NCBI GenBank assembly: GCA_050084515.1
Contig: CM114271.1
Coordinates: 32,178,001 to 32,242,000, forward strand
Direction: 5' to 3'
DNA: 64,000 bases
DNA from: Blasia pusilla
Taxonomy: Eukaryota
Positions 36,139-47,646 of the stretch are shown one piece after another. The notes under the pieces are model-generated. The model did no database searches and was not told the DNA's origin. It was given only the letters and a program-made list of their open reading frames with translations. Within the stretch, counting starts at the first letter, position 1, and every line of letters begins with the position of its first letter. Made by a program: the position numbers and the translations under genes.

Positions 36139-36991
36139 GGGGGTTGGTATTATGGCAGGAGAGAGTGTAAGAGAGGAGAGGAAGAGAGGAGAGTCTCTCT
36201 TCTAAAAGAAAGGTAGAATCAGCCTCCTCTCTTCAAAATTTTTTTGCTTTCAAATTCAAAAAATCTTCAGAAGGGAGTAGCAAGTGGACCACATTCGGGC
36301 AAAGCTAACCTTCTTTTTCCAGGCTTGGAAAAACAAGTAGACATCAGAAGACCACTGCAAACATCCTACCATCACTCTCCATGTGAGCCCAATTTTCTTT
36401 ACATTGCTAGTCTAAGCCAACTCTACAGTAAGCCGCATTGAGGCATATTATTGTTGGAGGACCATCGGCAGATAATTTGACCAGTATAAACAATTTCATC
36501 TCAATTAAAGGTTCTAATAGAGACTCCGACTATGGTGTCAATAGACTAATGTGCCCTTCAGGGTTTAACTTATCAAAAGATCTGGTTGAAATTATGGATT
36601 GTTGATGTAGGACTCCCACCCTCACCATATTGGGTAGGAGGGCTCTTCATGCAACAAGGCATGAAATATCCCATCTGATCAATACTATTCTATCAGATGG
36701 GATTTTCCAAAAAAAAATGAACACTGACCATTGTGCATAGTTGAAGACTTTCATGACAGTCTTGGATCTTTAGAAAGTGTAGGGTTCTTGAAAAATCGGG
36801 TGCATGGAGTCTACCATGGATTGCTGTACGTTTGACAACTTGGTTTCACCATTCTATCTGCCACTAGGAAATGTATGCATCAAGAAGAAAATTTGCAAGG
36901 AAGGACTAAGAAGACAATGGAAGCAACAAGTTGGTAGCCGTCATGAGTGAAGAGGGAGATTGATAAGTAACCAGGTCCATTCATTCAGACA

Positions 36992-37411
36992 TGCAACCCG
37001 TCGGAAATCGATATGTTGCACCCCTTGCAACCTATCACAAGTCGACAGGTTGCACCTCTTGCAACCCGTCGGAATCCGACGGGTTGTAAGACTGTACCGT
37101 CTCTGGTTTAGGTTATCTTGCAACCTGTGGGACTCCGACGGGTTGCAAGACTAGACTATCTGCAAAAACCGATTCTACTCTTCAGTTGGAGTGATTCTCA
37201 ACCTTTCGGAATCAAACGAGTTATCAACCTCTCGAACCAAAGATTAGAGTCCAAGAAAGCACGCACACCACATCAAAAGAATCGAAGGGAACAAATTGGT
37301 CTTGGTACAGTGAAAGGTTATCAAGCAAAATATAAATGTGAAAAGATATTTTCAGGTAAAATGTAAATGTGAAAAGATATCATGCAACCCGTCGCTTTTC
37401 GAAAGATTGCA
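36992..37411. repeat. Cluster 1 of 29-bp palindromes
   Basis: Copies start at 36992, 37026, 37060, 37119 and 37383; best copy TGCAACCCGTCGGAATCCGACGGGTTGTA (37060-37088). Confidence 0.9.
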
Positions 37412-38438
37412 AAAGCAAAAAATCCTCACCCCAATTTCGGAATGTGATCAAAAACAACATCAGACAATAAGCGTGAAGAGAATTGGATGCGTTAAAAAAA
37501 TCCACTTTATTTAAAACTGCTTGAAAAACGGTTATTTACGTTTGATTTCATGAAAATTTAGTGTATGATCTCTTCAACCTCGTCATCTACAAAAATGTTC
37601 CTAACTCTTGCCGGTTCCTCTAGAAGAGACTTCTCAGGGCTAGTCAGAGGCTCCTCTATACGATTGTAGATTGGAATTCAGAAGGAAGGAGGATCCGAGA
37701 GCCTTGTCTCCCTAGGAGCCCCATATCGGTCCCATGTGTCCCCAGAAATGACCCAACGCATGCCCCGACAGCTGATTTTGAAGCTTCTGCAAACGGAAAC
37801 CCATCCATATCAATATTTGCTCCTTCCCCGGGTCACACATGTCAACTCCAAAATGCTTAAAATCCAAGGCACCTACACTCACTCGTCATCATCCGACAGC
37901 TCCTCTAGAATCACCGGTGGCCTTGCCCTTCCAATTTTTGGGATCATTGGTAGTGAGGATGGCGTCACAACGAGTGGCTCCAATGCAGATTTATTGATCT
38001 ATGCACGCGACTTGTAAACGCCCATCACCCTCTGGTAGTCAAATTTTGCCTCCCGGAAAAGTGCAAACAAGGTGTTCCGAGACTCAAGGCAAAGAATGTT
38101 TTGACTACTCTGCCAAGCAAATCTAACACTTGCCCCAGAAAGACCCACCAAATCACATGGCGTCGAACACAACTCCATCAAGATTTGCATGAGTGCGGGT
38201 GATTTTTCCCTCCCTCCAAGCATTGGCACTCCTTCCTCGACGAAAATACCCGGGGGTGAATTGGACATGCTATTAAGAGTGAATCCATCTACATCTCGAT
38301 CAATAGGATGCTGTACCTCAAAACCCTCAAACCTTTGCTCTGGTCTGACAAAAAAATGAACGTAGGAATATTCCATTTGCAAAGAATAGAACTCTAAAAA
38401 TCACCTAAGAATCGATGGGAGGAAGAGGTCTTCAAGGA

Positions 38439-38692
38439 GCAACCGACAGAATCCGACGGGTTGCAAATGTGAGATGTCATCGAGGTAATTTGCGTTTAGG
38501 GGAGGGGGATGCAACACGTCAAATTCAGACAGATTGCTCACTAACCATGGATGTGCAACCCGTCTGGTTCCAACGGATTTCATAGGCCATGGCAGGGTCC
38601 ATCTGCAACCCATCAAAATCCGACGAGTTGCCCAACACACCCCAAAACCCGACGAGTGGGTGATGCATCCCGTCCGACTCTGACGGGTTGCA
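38439..38692. repeat. Cluster 2a of 29-bp palindromes
   Basis: Copies at 38439, 38510, 38554, 38604 and 38664. Confidence 0.85.
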
Positions 38693-38709
38693 CAAGGCCT
38701 GTTAGGATC

Positions 38710-40310
38710 AAATGGTAAAATGGTAAATAGATCAAGCCCGTGGGATCCAAAGGGTTAAAAGGCTAAAAAACACGTTACAAGTCAGTCAATCACTGACTCG
38801 GAAAAAGATCCTAAAGACCTTCTCTTGGATATTGCCAAGAGCACTTGAGCGATGAATAATGACATCCCTAATATAACAATCTAAATCATAAGGTACCAGA
38901 TATAGTAAGGAATAGATATTCTCCACATCTATTTTATGAGCTAGTCTAATCTCTTCATACCTTGGACATGTAATAAACACATGATCTTCATCCTCAATAT
39001 TTTCTCTGTCACATAAACTACAAATTTGTTCACTTCTATCAATATTAAGCCATCGTCCTTCTTCATTTCCTAGAGATCAAGAGATCTCACCCTTGCAATA
39101 TAAGAGAAGGTCAAGTAAAGAGCTTCAGCCTCTAGAGGAAGACAACCTGTTTCCGCAAGAAGAATAGCATACGGAGTTTGGTTTCTTATACCCAATTCTT
39201 CTTATAGAGAGATCTTTTGCACCCTGTCCATGCGCTCCCAACCTGTCTTCTTACAACTAGGGCCCCAAAATTGGGTCCCACATAAGATCACTGGCAACAC
39301 TAAGCTCCTAAAGAAGAAATTCATAAGATCCCAAGACACAAGATGAGCTCTTCTACACCAATTTAAAAATGAATATAGAGCTTTATAACCAGCTTCTACT
39401 CTCTTTTGCATGCAGAGTGCCCAACTATAGTCATGAGAGAAATCAATGTCTAGATATTTGCAACTCTTCACTTGTTCTAATTGAAGACCTTTGTAAAAGA
39501 ACGAGAACTTGGATCTAGTACCCACTATAATAACTTTAGACTTCTCCATATTAACCTCCATCTGATTCTGCGTACAAAAACTTGCCAAAGTGTTGAGGCA
39601 TTTTTGTAAACCAATGCCATCACATGCTAGTTACATGATATCATTTGCATACAATAGAGCTTTGATGACAAAGTTCTCCAAGCTTGACACTTTCACTATC
39701 ACATTCCTCCAACCATTTTTTGATATCATCTATGAAAAGATTCACAAACTCAAGAGATCTTGAGCACTATCGCAGTCATTCAAGGTTGTCCTCTCTCCCC
39801 TACTCTATTTGGAGTTTTGGTAAATGGTAAATTTGATCTTGGCCCGAACAGAATGGTACTACGCGGCCACGGTTGCTAGGAGATTTGGTGGTACTCCAAT
39901 GGCTTGTAGCCTATCTCATAAGAGCTTACGAGGTAAGATATCAAAATGTTTCTTGAAATCGATGAAACCACAAAACAAAGCTTTTCCATTGCCCTTAGAT
40001 TTCTCCTATAAAACACGTAAGACCAAGATATGGTCGATGGTGTTGTATAGTGGGCGAAAACCAGCTTGGACTTGTGCTCTCTTTTGGAAAGACTATGTCC
40101 ATGCGATCAACTTTGACTCCACCAATTTCCCAAACAGCTTGGCAAAAACACTACCCACCATGATAGTGCGATAGTTTGTCACCAAGTCCTTCCTTCCTGG
40201 TTTTTGAAGAGAAAAAATCTCCCATAACGACAAGGTAGAAGGACAATATCACCCAATACTTTGGTGAGGATCGGTCCGACAGAATCTCCTCCCCACTTGA
40301 GAAGTTCAAT
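38710..40310 (-). mobile_element. Internally deleted 3' part of LINE family C
   Basis: (ATGGTA)n-like tail at 38710-38727; FCTQNQMEVNMEKSKV; RT remnants; paralogous to 40812-42370. Confidence 0.88.
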
Positions 40311-40811
40311 ATGGTAAATGGTAAATAGATCAAGCCCGTGGGACCCAAAGGGTCAAAAGGCTGAAAAACATATTACAAGTCATTCATTCACTGACCCTGA
40401 AAAAGATCCTTAAGACCTTCTCCTAGCTACAGCCTAGAGCAGTTGAGCGATGAATGATGACGTCCCTAAGATAACAACATAAATCATAAGGCACTAGCTG
40501 TAGTAAAGAATAGAAATTCTCCACATCTATTTTATGAGCTAGTCTAATCTCCACATCTATTTTATGACCTCAATCGTTGTTATCTCTGAAAAGAATTGAT
40601 TCAATTCAAAATGTCCCCACCAACTGTTGTAGCCCACAAATTATGGTAAATGGTAAATGGTAAATAGATCAAGCCCGTGGGACCCAAAGGGTCAAAAGGT
40701 TGAAAAACACATTACAAGTCATTCATTCGCTCACCCTGAAAAAGATCCTTAAGACCTTCTCCTAGCTACACCCTAGAGCAGTTGAGCGATCAATAATGAC
40801 GTCCCTAATAT
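40311..40811 (-). mobile_element. Two short 5'-truncated LINE family C 3' ends (40311-~40565 and 40643-40811)
   Basis: Each begins on + with ATGGTAAATGGTAAATAGATCAAGCCCGTGGGACCCAAAGGGTC. Confidence 0.88.
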
Positions 40812-43800
40812 AATGGTAATGGTAATGGTAAATAGATCAAGCCCGTGGGACCCAAAGGGTCAAAAGGCTGAAAAACACATTACAAGTCATTCATTCACTG
40901 ACCTTGAAAAAGATCCTTAAGACCTTCTCCTAACTACAGCCTAGAGCAGTTGAGCGATGAATGATGACGTCCCTAAGATAACAACCTAAATCATAAGGCA
41001 CTAGCTGTAGTAAGGAATAGAAATTCTCCACATCTATTTTATGAGCTAGTCTAATCTCTTCATACCTTGGACATGTAACAAACAGATGCTCTTCATCCTC
41101 AATATTTTCTCCATCACATAACCTACAAATTCGTTCACTTCTATCAATTTTAAACCATCGTCCTTCCTCAATTCCTAGCCTATGAGACCCAGTTCTATGA
41201 CGTGCGATAATATGTCGTAAGAACGTGGAGATCCCTGTAAGTAGATATCCTTGTTCACAATATACAAGCATAGGATTAACATGAAGTTGATAAAACTCCG
41301 TTTTGGTGCCTGGACTGCTCCAAATGATGTTGAGAGATTGCTTCTGTAGATCCTCACGGAGGGCCATCGGTTTCAAGTCCCAATCGCGTTCTGCCACATT
41401 CCACTTTGAAGACCAAGTCACCACATCCGCTATCCACCCTATGGAACGTGTGGCTCGCAAAGCTTGATGAGGGAGGCGAGAAACATCAAGAGATCTCACC
41501 CTTGCGATGTAAGTGATGGTCAAGTAAAGAGCTTCAACTTCTAGAGGAAGAAAACCTGTTTCCGCAAGAAGAATAGCATACGGAGTTGGTTTCTTACACC
41601 AAATTCTTCTTGTAGAAAGATCTTTTGCACTCTTTCCACGCGCTCCCAACCTGTCTTCTTACAACAAGGGCCCCAAACTTGGGTCCCATATAAGATCACC
41701 GGCAACACTAAGCTCTTAAATAAGAATTTCCTAAGACTCCAAGACACAAGATGAGATCTTCTACACCGGTTTTAAAATGAATATAGAGCTTTGTAACCAG
41801 CTTCTCTCTTTTTGCATAAAGTGCCCAACTATAGTCATGAGAGAAATCGATGCCTAGATATTTGTAACTCTTCACTTGTTCTAATTGTAAACCTTTGTAA
41901 AAGAACGAGAGCTTGGATCTAGTACCCACTATAATGACTTTAGACTTCTCCATATTAACCTCCATCTGATTCTGGGTACAAAACCTTGCCAAAGTGTCGA
42001 GGTGCTTTTGTAAACTAATGCCATCACGTGCTAGTAATATGATATCATCTGCATACAATAGAGCTTTGATGACAAAGTCCCCAAGCTTGACACCTTCACT
42101 ATCATATTCCTCCAACCACATTTCGATATCATCTATGAAAACTCCAAAAAGTGTAGGGGAGAGAGGGCAACCTTGAATGACTCCAATGGTACTCAAGATC
42201 TCTTGAGTTTGTGAACCTTTGATCTTGGCCCGAACGGAATGGTATAACGTGGCCACGGCTGCTAGGAGATTTGGTGATACTCCAATGGCTTGCAGCCTTT
42301 TCCATAAGAGCATGCGAGGTATTGTATCAAAAACTTTCTTGAAATCGATGAAGCCGCAAAAAAAAGCTTAGGGTCAAGAGAAAGACCATCCTAATCCTCA
42401 CATTTTCCATTTGCTAATCTTCTTAGTTGAGTCATACAGTCTGGTATGCCTTCACAATGCGCCATAGATGTAGCATGGGGAAAGAAGTAGAGCTTTTCAA
42501 CAAAAGATATCAAAGACTTGGAATCAAGAGTAGGTTTTGAATACCGTACTAGTTACCATCTCCAAAATGTTTTGGGATCATCATACAACTCCCTTGTTAA
42601 GGACTCTTGCTTCCGCCGTAAGAAAGCTCGTTTCTTAGATGTCACCAAGTGTTTGTAAAGATCCCTCATAATTAGCCGACTTTGGATATCCAAAGATTTG
42701 TCCATTGATCTTATCCTTGCTTGCTTTCATTCACAGTCAAACCACCCATTACAAGGCAACCTCCTAACACTTCTATCCCTGTGTCACGAAAAGAACTTGG
42801 ATGGAGTATTTTTTAGCAATTCGGTTAGTTGCAAACTTGCCGTGTGTGGATTAGGGCTCTATACAAGTGGCTCCGAAAGTTTAAAAATGCTCTGTCAAAG
42901 GATTTATAGAAATATTTGAAGAGATTCTAGACAACAAACCATCCTTTGGTTCTTTGAGAAGAGGAGCAATCAAGGAATCACTAAATTCGATAAATTGAGC
43001 AAAACGTGTGTGAGCATTGAAATCCCCGACTAGAAAGACTTTACCTTTGCTTTGGTATTTGAGAACATCCCCAACAAGTCGATAAAACGTTTGACTTCGA
43101 TTGCAAGTGTGCGTTGAGTAGATAAGCATGGACAGTGGTGCAAAGTAACAAACTGCCAAATAACAATAAGATCCCCCAACTAAACCAAGACGTAGCCAAT
43201 GATATTGGCCCCCGATATCTTGATCTTCTACATGTATCAAAGGTAGAAATTGTGACCTGATGAAAGTAGCAATACCTCCATAACCCCTTCTTGCCGTTTG
43301 CCTTCTTTGGTTCCATCTCGATCCCACCAAAGTAAACCCTTGCATCTCTGCAATAGTATTGCTCTCATATTCCCAAGTCTCCACAATATTGATGATGTTT
43401 GCCATATCCCAAACTGGTAGAGCAATCACATACTTTATTGTTGAAAGACCGCTTCTATTCCACATCAACACTCTAAACTTCTTGGATTGCTAGGTTGATA
43501 ACTCTGTTTTTCTTTGGGTAACAATTCCTCGACCATCGCATAGATAAGCAATAAAACCTGCTTCTTAATCCTCTTTAACCTTTGCAAGCTCCTTTCTCTT
43601 AGCTTCAACTTGTTGAGGTGTAAGATCAAGATCCTACCATATCCTCCCTCCTTTGAGAATGGCCTTGTTAGCCATGGCAGCATCATGTTGAGTTTGATCA
43701 ACAAACTTAAGTAGAATAGCACGAGGTTGTGTTCCCGTTTTCCCAATGCGGAAAGCTTGAGCCAAGTCCGGGTTGTGAACATGAAGTGTATCAACCAAGA

Positions 43801-45277
43801 ACTTGGTAAGAACACTCTTCACCTCTTCATTCTCTATTTTCAGCAATCTTGAGATTCTCACATTCTTTCCTACTTGAAAATCGGTTTTCTTTTTCTATCT
43901 TTTGCTCTTGACAAAAAGAGATATGAGCAACCTTTGTAGCTTCAGCATAAGATTTCATTTTCACTTCTAAAGTTTCAACAACCTCATGCAATCTTGAATT
44001 ATAGGGAGTAGTCGCAAATGATGATGCCTTCTCTTGAACATCCACAACAGATTTGGAAAGATCCAATATCACACTAGAGCTATCTTTTAACAGCTTCTTC
44101 AAAACCTCTTGCGTTGCCTTCAACTCTTGGATTTGAATATGTGCAAGGTTCAATTTAGAAGTTTGTACCTTGAATTCTTGTCAAATCTCTTTCAATTCAT
44201 GTAAGACCACTTGCACTAGATTCAAGATTTCGTCTTGAGTAGTCATAATGTAGTTGATTTCACAACATCCTAGATATTGCACGACCTTCAATCAAGTAGA
44301 GCAGAATCTCCAACACCACACAACTTGTGCTCTAGGAGTTGATTGTACTTAAAATTTTCAAGCCTAGGGCGCCTCTTTACACTCCACATTTTCTTAAGAT
44401 CTCAGCTTCATATAAGACTCCACTTGAAAGATATGGCCTCCACAAGATTCACATGTGAAATCTTCAAATGTGGAAGAGTAGAAACTCAAATCTCTTACAA
44501 CTTCGTCTCTCTAAAGTGGTTAGCCTTGAAATTTCTAAGGCTTGGGTGTCTCTTCATACGTCACGTTTTTTCAAGATCTTAGCTTCAAATGGCACTCCAC
44601 CTAAGAGATATGGCCTTTGCAAGGCCTTCCTCAAATGTGGAAGAGTAGAAACATAAATCTCTCACAACTTTGTCTTCGTAACTTATATGGCCTTGAAATT
44701 TTTGAGGCTTTGGAACCTCTTAACATTCCACATTTTGGAAAAATATCAGCTTCATTTAACACTCCACCTAAAAGATATTGATACCGCAAGATTCAGATCT
44801 GAAATCCTCAAATGTGGAAGAGCAAAAACTAAAATCTCTTACAACTTTTCTATGTAAGTTAGTTAGCCTTTAAATTCTTAAAGCTAAAGCGTATCTTTAC
44901 ATTTAACGTTTTCTCAAAATTTAATTCATGTAATACTCTACTTGGAAGATATGGCCTCCATAAGATTCAAATCTGAAATCCTCAAATGTGGAAGAGCAAA
45001 AACTCAAATCTCTCTCAATTTCGTCTTTGGAAGTTTTTTGGCCTTGAAATTTTCAGGACTAGGGCGCCTCTTTACATTCCACGTTTCCTAGAAATATGAG
45101 CTTCATGTGATACTCCACTTGAAAGATATGGCTTCCGTAAGATTTAGATCTAAAATCCTCAAATGTGGAAGAGCAGAAACTCAAATCTCTCACAACTTCG
45201 TCTCTATAAGTCGGTTGGCCTTGAAATTCTTAGGGCTTGGGCGCCTCCTCACACTCCATGTTTCCTCAAAATCTCAA
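40812..45277 (-). mobile_element. LINE family C (RTEX-like, inferred), near full length with internal deletions
   Basis: Tail at 40812-40833; RT GVIQGCPLSP and LLYADD; RHRTGSH...CRLC...EDEEH...C; APE ETW and GDFN; ORF1 at 43490-44246, disrupted. Confidence 0.9.
44345..45277 (-). repeat. Tandem array of ~170-178-bp monomers (~5 units) 5' of LINE ORF1
   Basis: Anchor AAATGTGGAAGAG recurs at about 44466, 44634, 44810, 44983 and 45161. Confidence 0.88.
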
Positions 45278-45279
45278 TG

Positions 45280-45365
45280 TGCAACCTATTAGAGTCTGAT
45301 GGGTTGCAAGACCCACTCCCTTTCTGGGGTGTGTCAAGCAACTCGTCGGAGTCCGACGGGTTGTA
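45280..45365. repeat. Cluster 2b of 29-bp palindromes
   Basis: Copies at 45280 and 45337. Confidence 0.85.
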
Positions 45366-47122
45366 GGAAAAAATGAAACCAGAATGCAGGAAAAAAAGAA
45401 AAAATTTGCAAAAGTTTTTCAAACTTACCAAGACTTGGTTTGTACCCAACCTTAGCAGGTAGTTGTTCTTCACTACCCAAGGCAATCCTGTTTGCCACTT
45501 CAACGATCGCTTCACGCACTGCAAGTTGGAGAGCTCATCCTCGCTACCTCTGGAAGAACAAGGAAACATCTCGTGTCACTCAGATACGCGTTGGCAAAGG
45601 AGAACATCAACGCGATCTAGTCATATTTGAAGGGAATGTTCCAATCCAAGACTGTGTCGCGTGGGTTCTCTGCCCACAATCTAAACCCCGACGGTAGATG
45701 TGCAATGAGGAGGTCAACTGCAACCTCCTCAGGTACCCCATTGACGGTCCATGGGGCATGGCCGTTCCGCAGAAGCTTTCATCCCAAGAGTGTCAGCTTC
45801 TCCAAGGCAAGCGTGGACTCTTGTGTGGAGAACTTCTCCAGTTCTTCAAGCAGCAATGTCTGATGTAGCAAGATGGTGATTTTTGATGCTCCATCCCTGT
45901 GCTTCCCCAACGATGAGGGAGTATAGACTATATTCTTGTCCCCCCTTTCAAAGGAACCCGATGTCTCCCTCTTTCGCTTCTCGCGAGAGGGGTGCCTGCT
46001 TGTTGGGGTCTCCGTGACCTCAGAATCCACACGATTAATTTTTGAGGCCTCCTATTGCCACCCTTCTTGCCTCGATGATCCTGCCTCGAATGGTTTGGGG
46101 GCCTTCACCTTGAATTTCAACCCTGTAGTGGACTTGTCTTTTGACAAAATCTCCGCCGCCTCAATCGCTTGTGCCTTGGCATCCCTTTTGAAGTTCTCCT
46201 CTGTCTTGAAAATGTTTGGGATGTCCTCATCGCCAGCAACTAGCGCATTATACAAGTCTCGCATTATTGGATCAGTCATCTTATTGGGATCATTGAAGTC
46301 CAACCAGATTGGACAGTTTAGCACTTCCCAAGGGCTCATGTCGAGTGCCATGTCCATGTTGTATATGGAGAATCCTTCGCCATACGGAGTATCTGTCCAT
46401 ACCTTAAGCGCCACCGGGAATTTTTGACCTCATGTGTCAAAAATTTGAACACCATCCTCTGCGCAGCTCGATGGTGGCTGAATCGACAGCTTGATCTTGA
46501 AGCTCCTTCTTCTTTTCTGCGAAGTCCCATTTCTTCGGGTCGCCAATCTCCTCGTCGACATCCAAGGTTGCATATGGACAAAGTTTGTGTCTGTGGATAT
46601 GTCCATGTGCGTCCTATGGAAGGACTTTTCCGTATGGGCCCCACCTTTCCCTTCTTTCTCATTCACCTTACTTGCATTCGCATTCCATACTCCCCCATTT
46701 CTTCCTCCCTCCTCCCTCATTGCTCTTCTCATACTTGCCTTGCCTTCTATCATGGACTAAAAGTGTGGGTCCCACCTCTTGGAATCCATGTCCGTCCTAA
46801 GGAAGGACTTGTCTGTTTTTGTGCAACCATGTCGGCATCCCCCTGCAGAAGAATCTGGCTCTTGAACATCATCTTGAACCCGGGGTTCTTCGCCGACTTA
46901 TCTCGGATGTTATTCAACCACAATTCGTACTCCTCCTCCGAAACCGGTTGGAATTCTCTGCAGGTCGCCTTGAAGGCATTCAATCTTTGACTTTCCCAAT
47001 AAGCGCAAGGCATCCCAGAAGGACCATTCTCATAGCCAATGGGAAATGATTGGGTCCGACACCCCTCGGGGATAGTGTGTCGATTTTTCTCAGCCTCCGT
47101 TCCCTCTAGCCTGATCTCCTCT

Positions 47123-47278
47123 TTCGAACCGTTGGAGTATGATGGGTTGCACAAACTGCAATTTCGACCGGTGAGTTTGACTGGCCCTGCAACCTGTCAG
47201 AGTTCGACGGGTTGCATATGCGGTAGGAAAGGCCCTAGTTTAAGTCGTTTGCAACCCGTTGGAGTGTGACGGGTGACA
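47123..47278. repeat. Cluster 3 of 29-bp palindromes
   Basis: Copies at ~47123, 47188 and 47250. Confidence 0.85.
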
Positions 47279-47602
47279 AGCACAACCGAGTTATACACAC
47301 GAAGTTGTGAGAGATTTGAGTTTATGCTCTTGTAGATTTGAGGATTTCAGATCTGAATCTTGCTGAGGCTATAACTTTGAGGTGGAGTGTCATATGAAGC
47401 TGATATTTGGAGGCAACGTGGAGTATAAGGCGGCGCCTTAGCCCCCAGAATTGCAAGCACAACCGAGTTATACACACGAAGTTATGAGAGATTTGAGTTT
47501 CTGCTCTTGTAGATTTGAGGATTTCAGATCTGAATCTTGCCGAGGTCATAACTTTGAGGTGGAGTGTCATATGAAGCTGAGATTTGGAGGCAACGTGGAG
47601 TT
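47279..47602 (+). repeat. 1.8 units of the 177-bp monomer 5' of LINE ORF1
   Basis: CACAACCGAGTTATACACACGAAG at 47281 and 47458; homologous to the reverse complement of 45100-45277. Confidence 0.9.
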
Positions 47603-47646
47603 TAGCGAGATTATACTTTCTAGGATGTAGTGAAGTCAAGTATAGG

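Larger units (their letters stand above)
37558..47150 (-). pseudogene. Multi-exon gene with a beta-class N4C/N6A DNA methyltransferase-like domain; coding remnants at ~45450-47120, ~37884-38390 and ~37558-37786
   Basis: VDLLIAHLPSG...DWN...FSFANAYLSDTRCFLVL (45718 downward; motif IV-VI-like) and REKSPALMQILMELCSTPCDLVGLSGASVRFAWQSSQNILCLE (motif X-I-II-like). GTGAGT...TTTGCAG intron at ~37787-37883; minus-strand AATAAA near 37508. Multiple stops. Confidence 0.6.

Noticed and set aside
36240-36990. Possible further transposase or gene remnant
   Set aside because: Stops in all frames examined and no motif I could recognise.
36992-37147. Palindromic 29-bp repeats as a CRISPR array
   Set aside because: Spacers are 5 bp or irregular, the repeats are degenerate, there are no cas genes, and the context is eukaryotic.
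44345-45277. 177-bp monomers as a centromeric satellite
   Set aside because: Only about 5 and 2 diverged units, each tied to a LINE 5' end; monomer length alone is not evidence.
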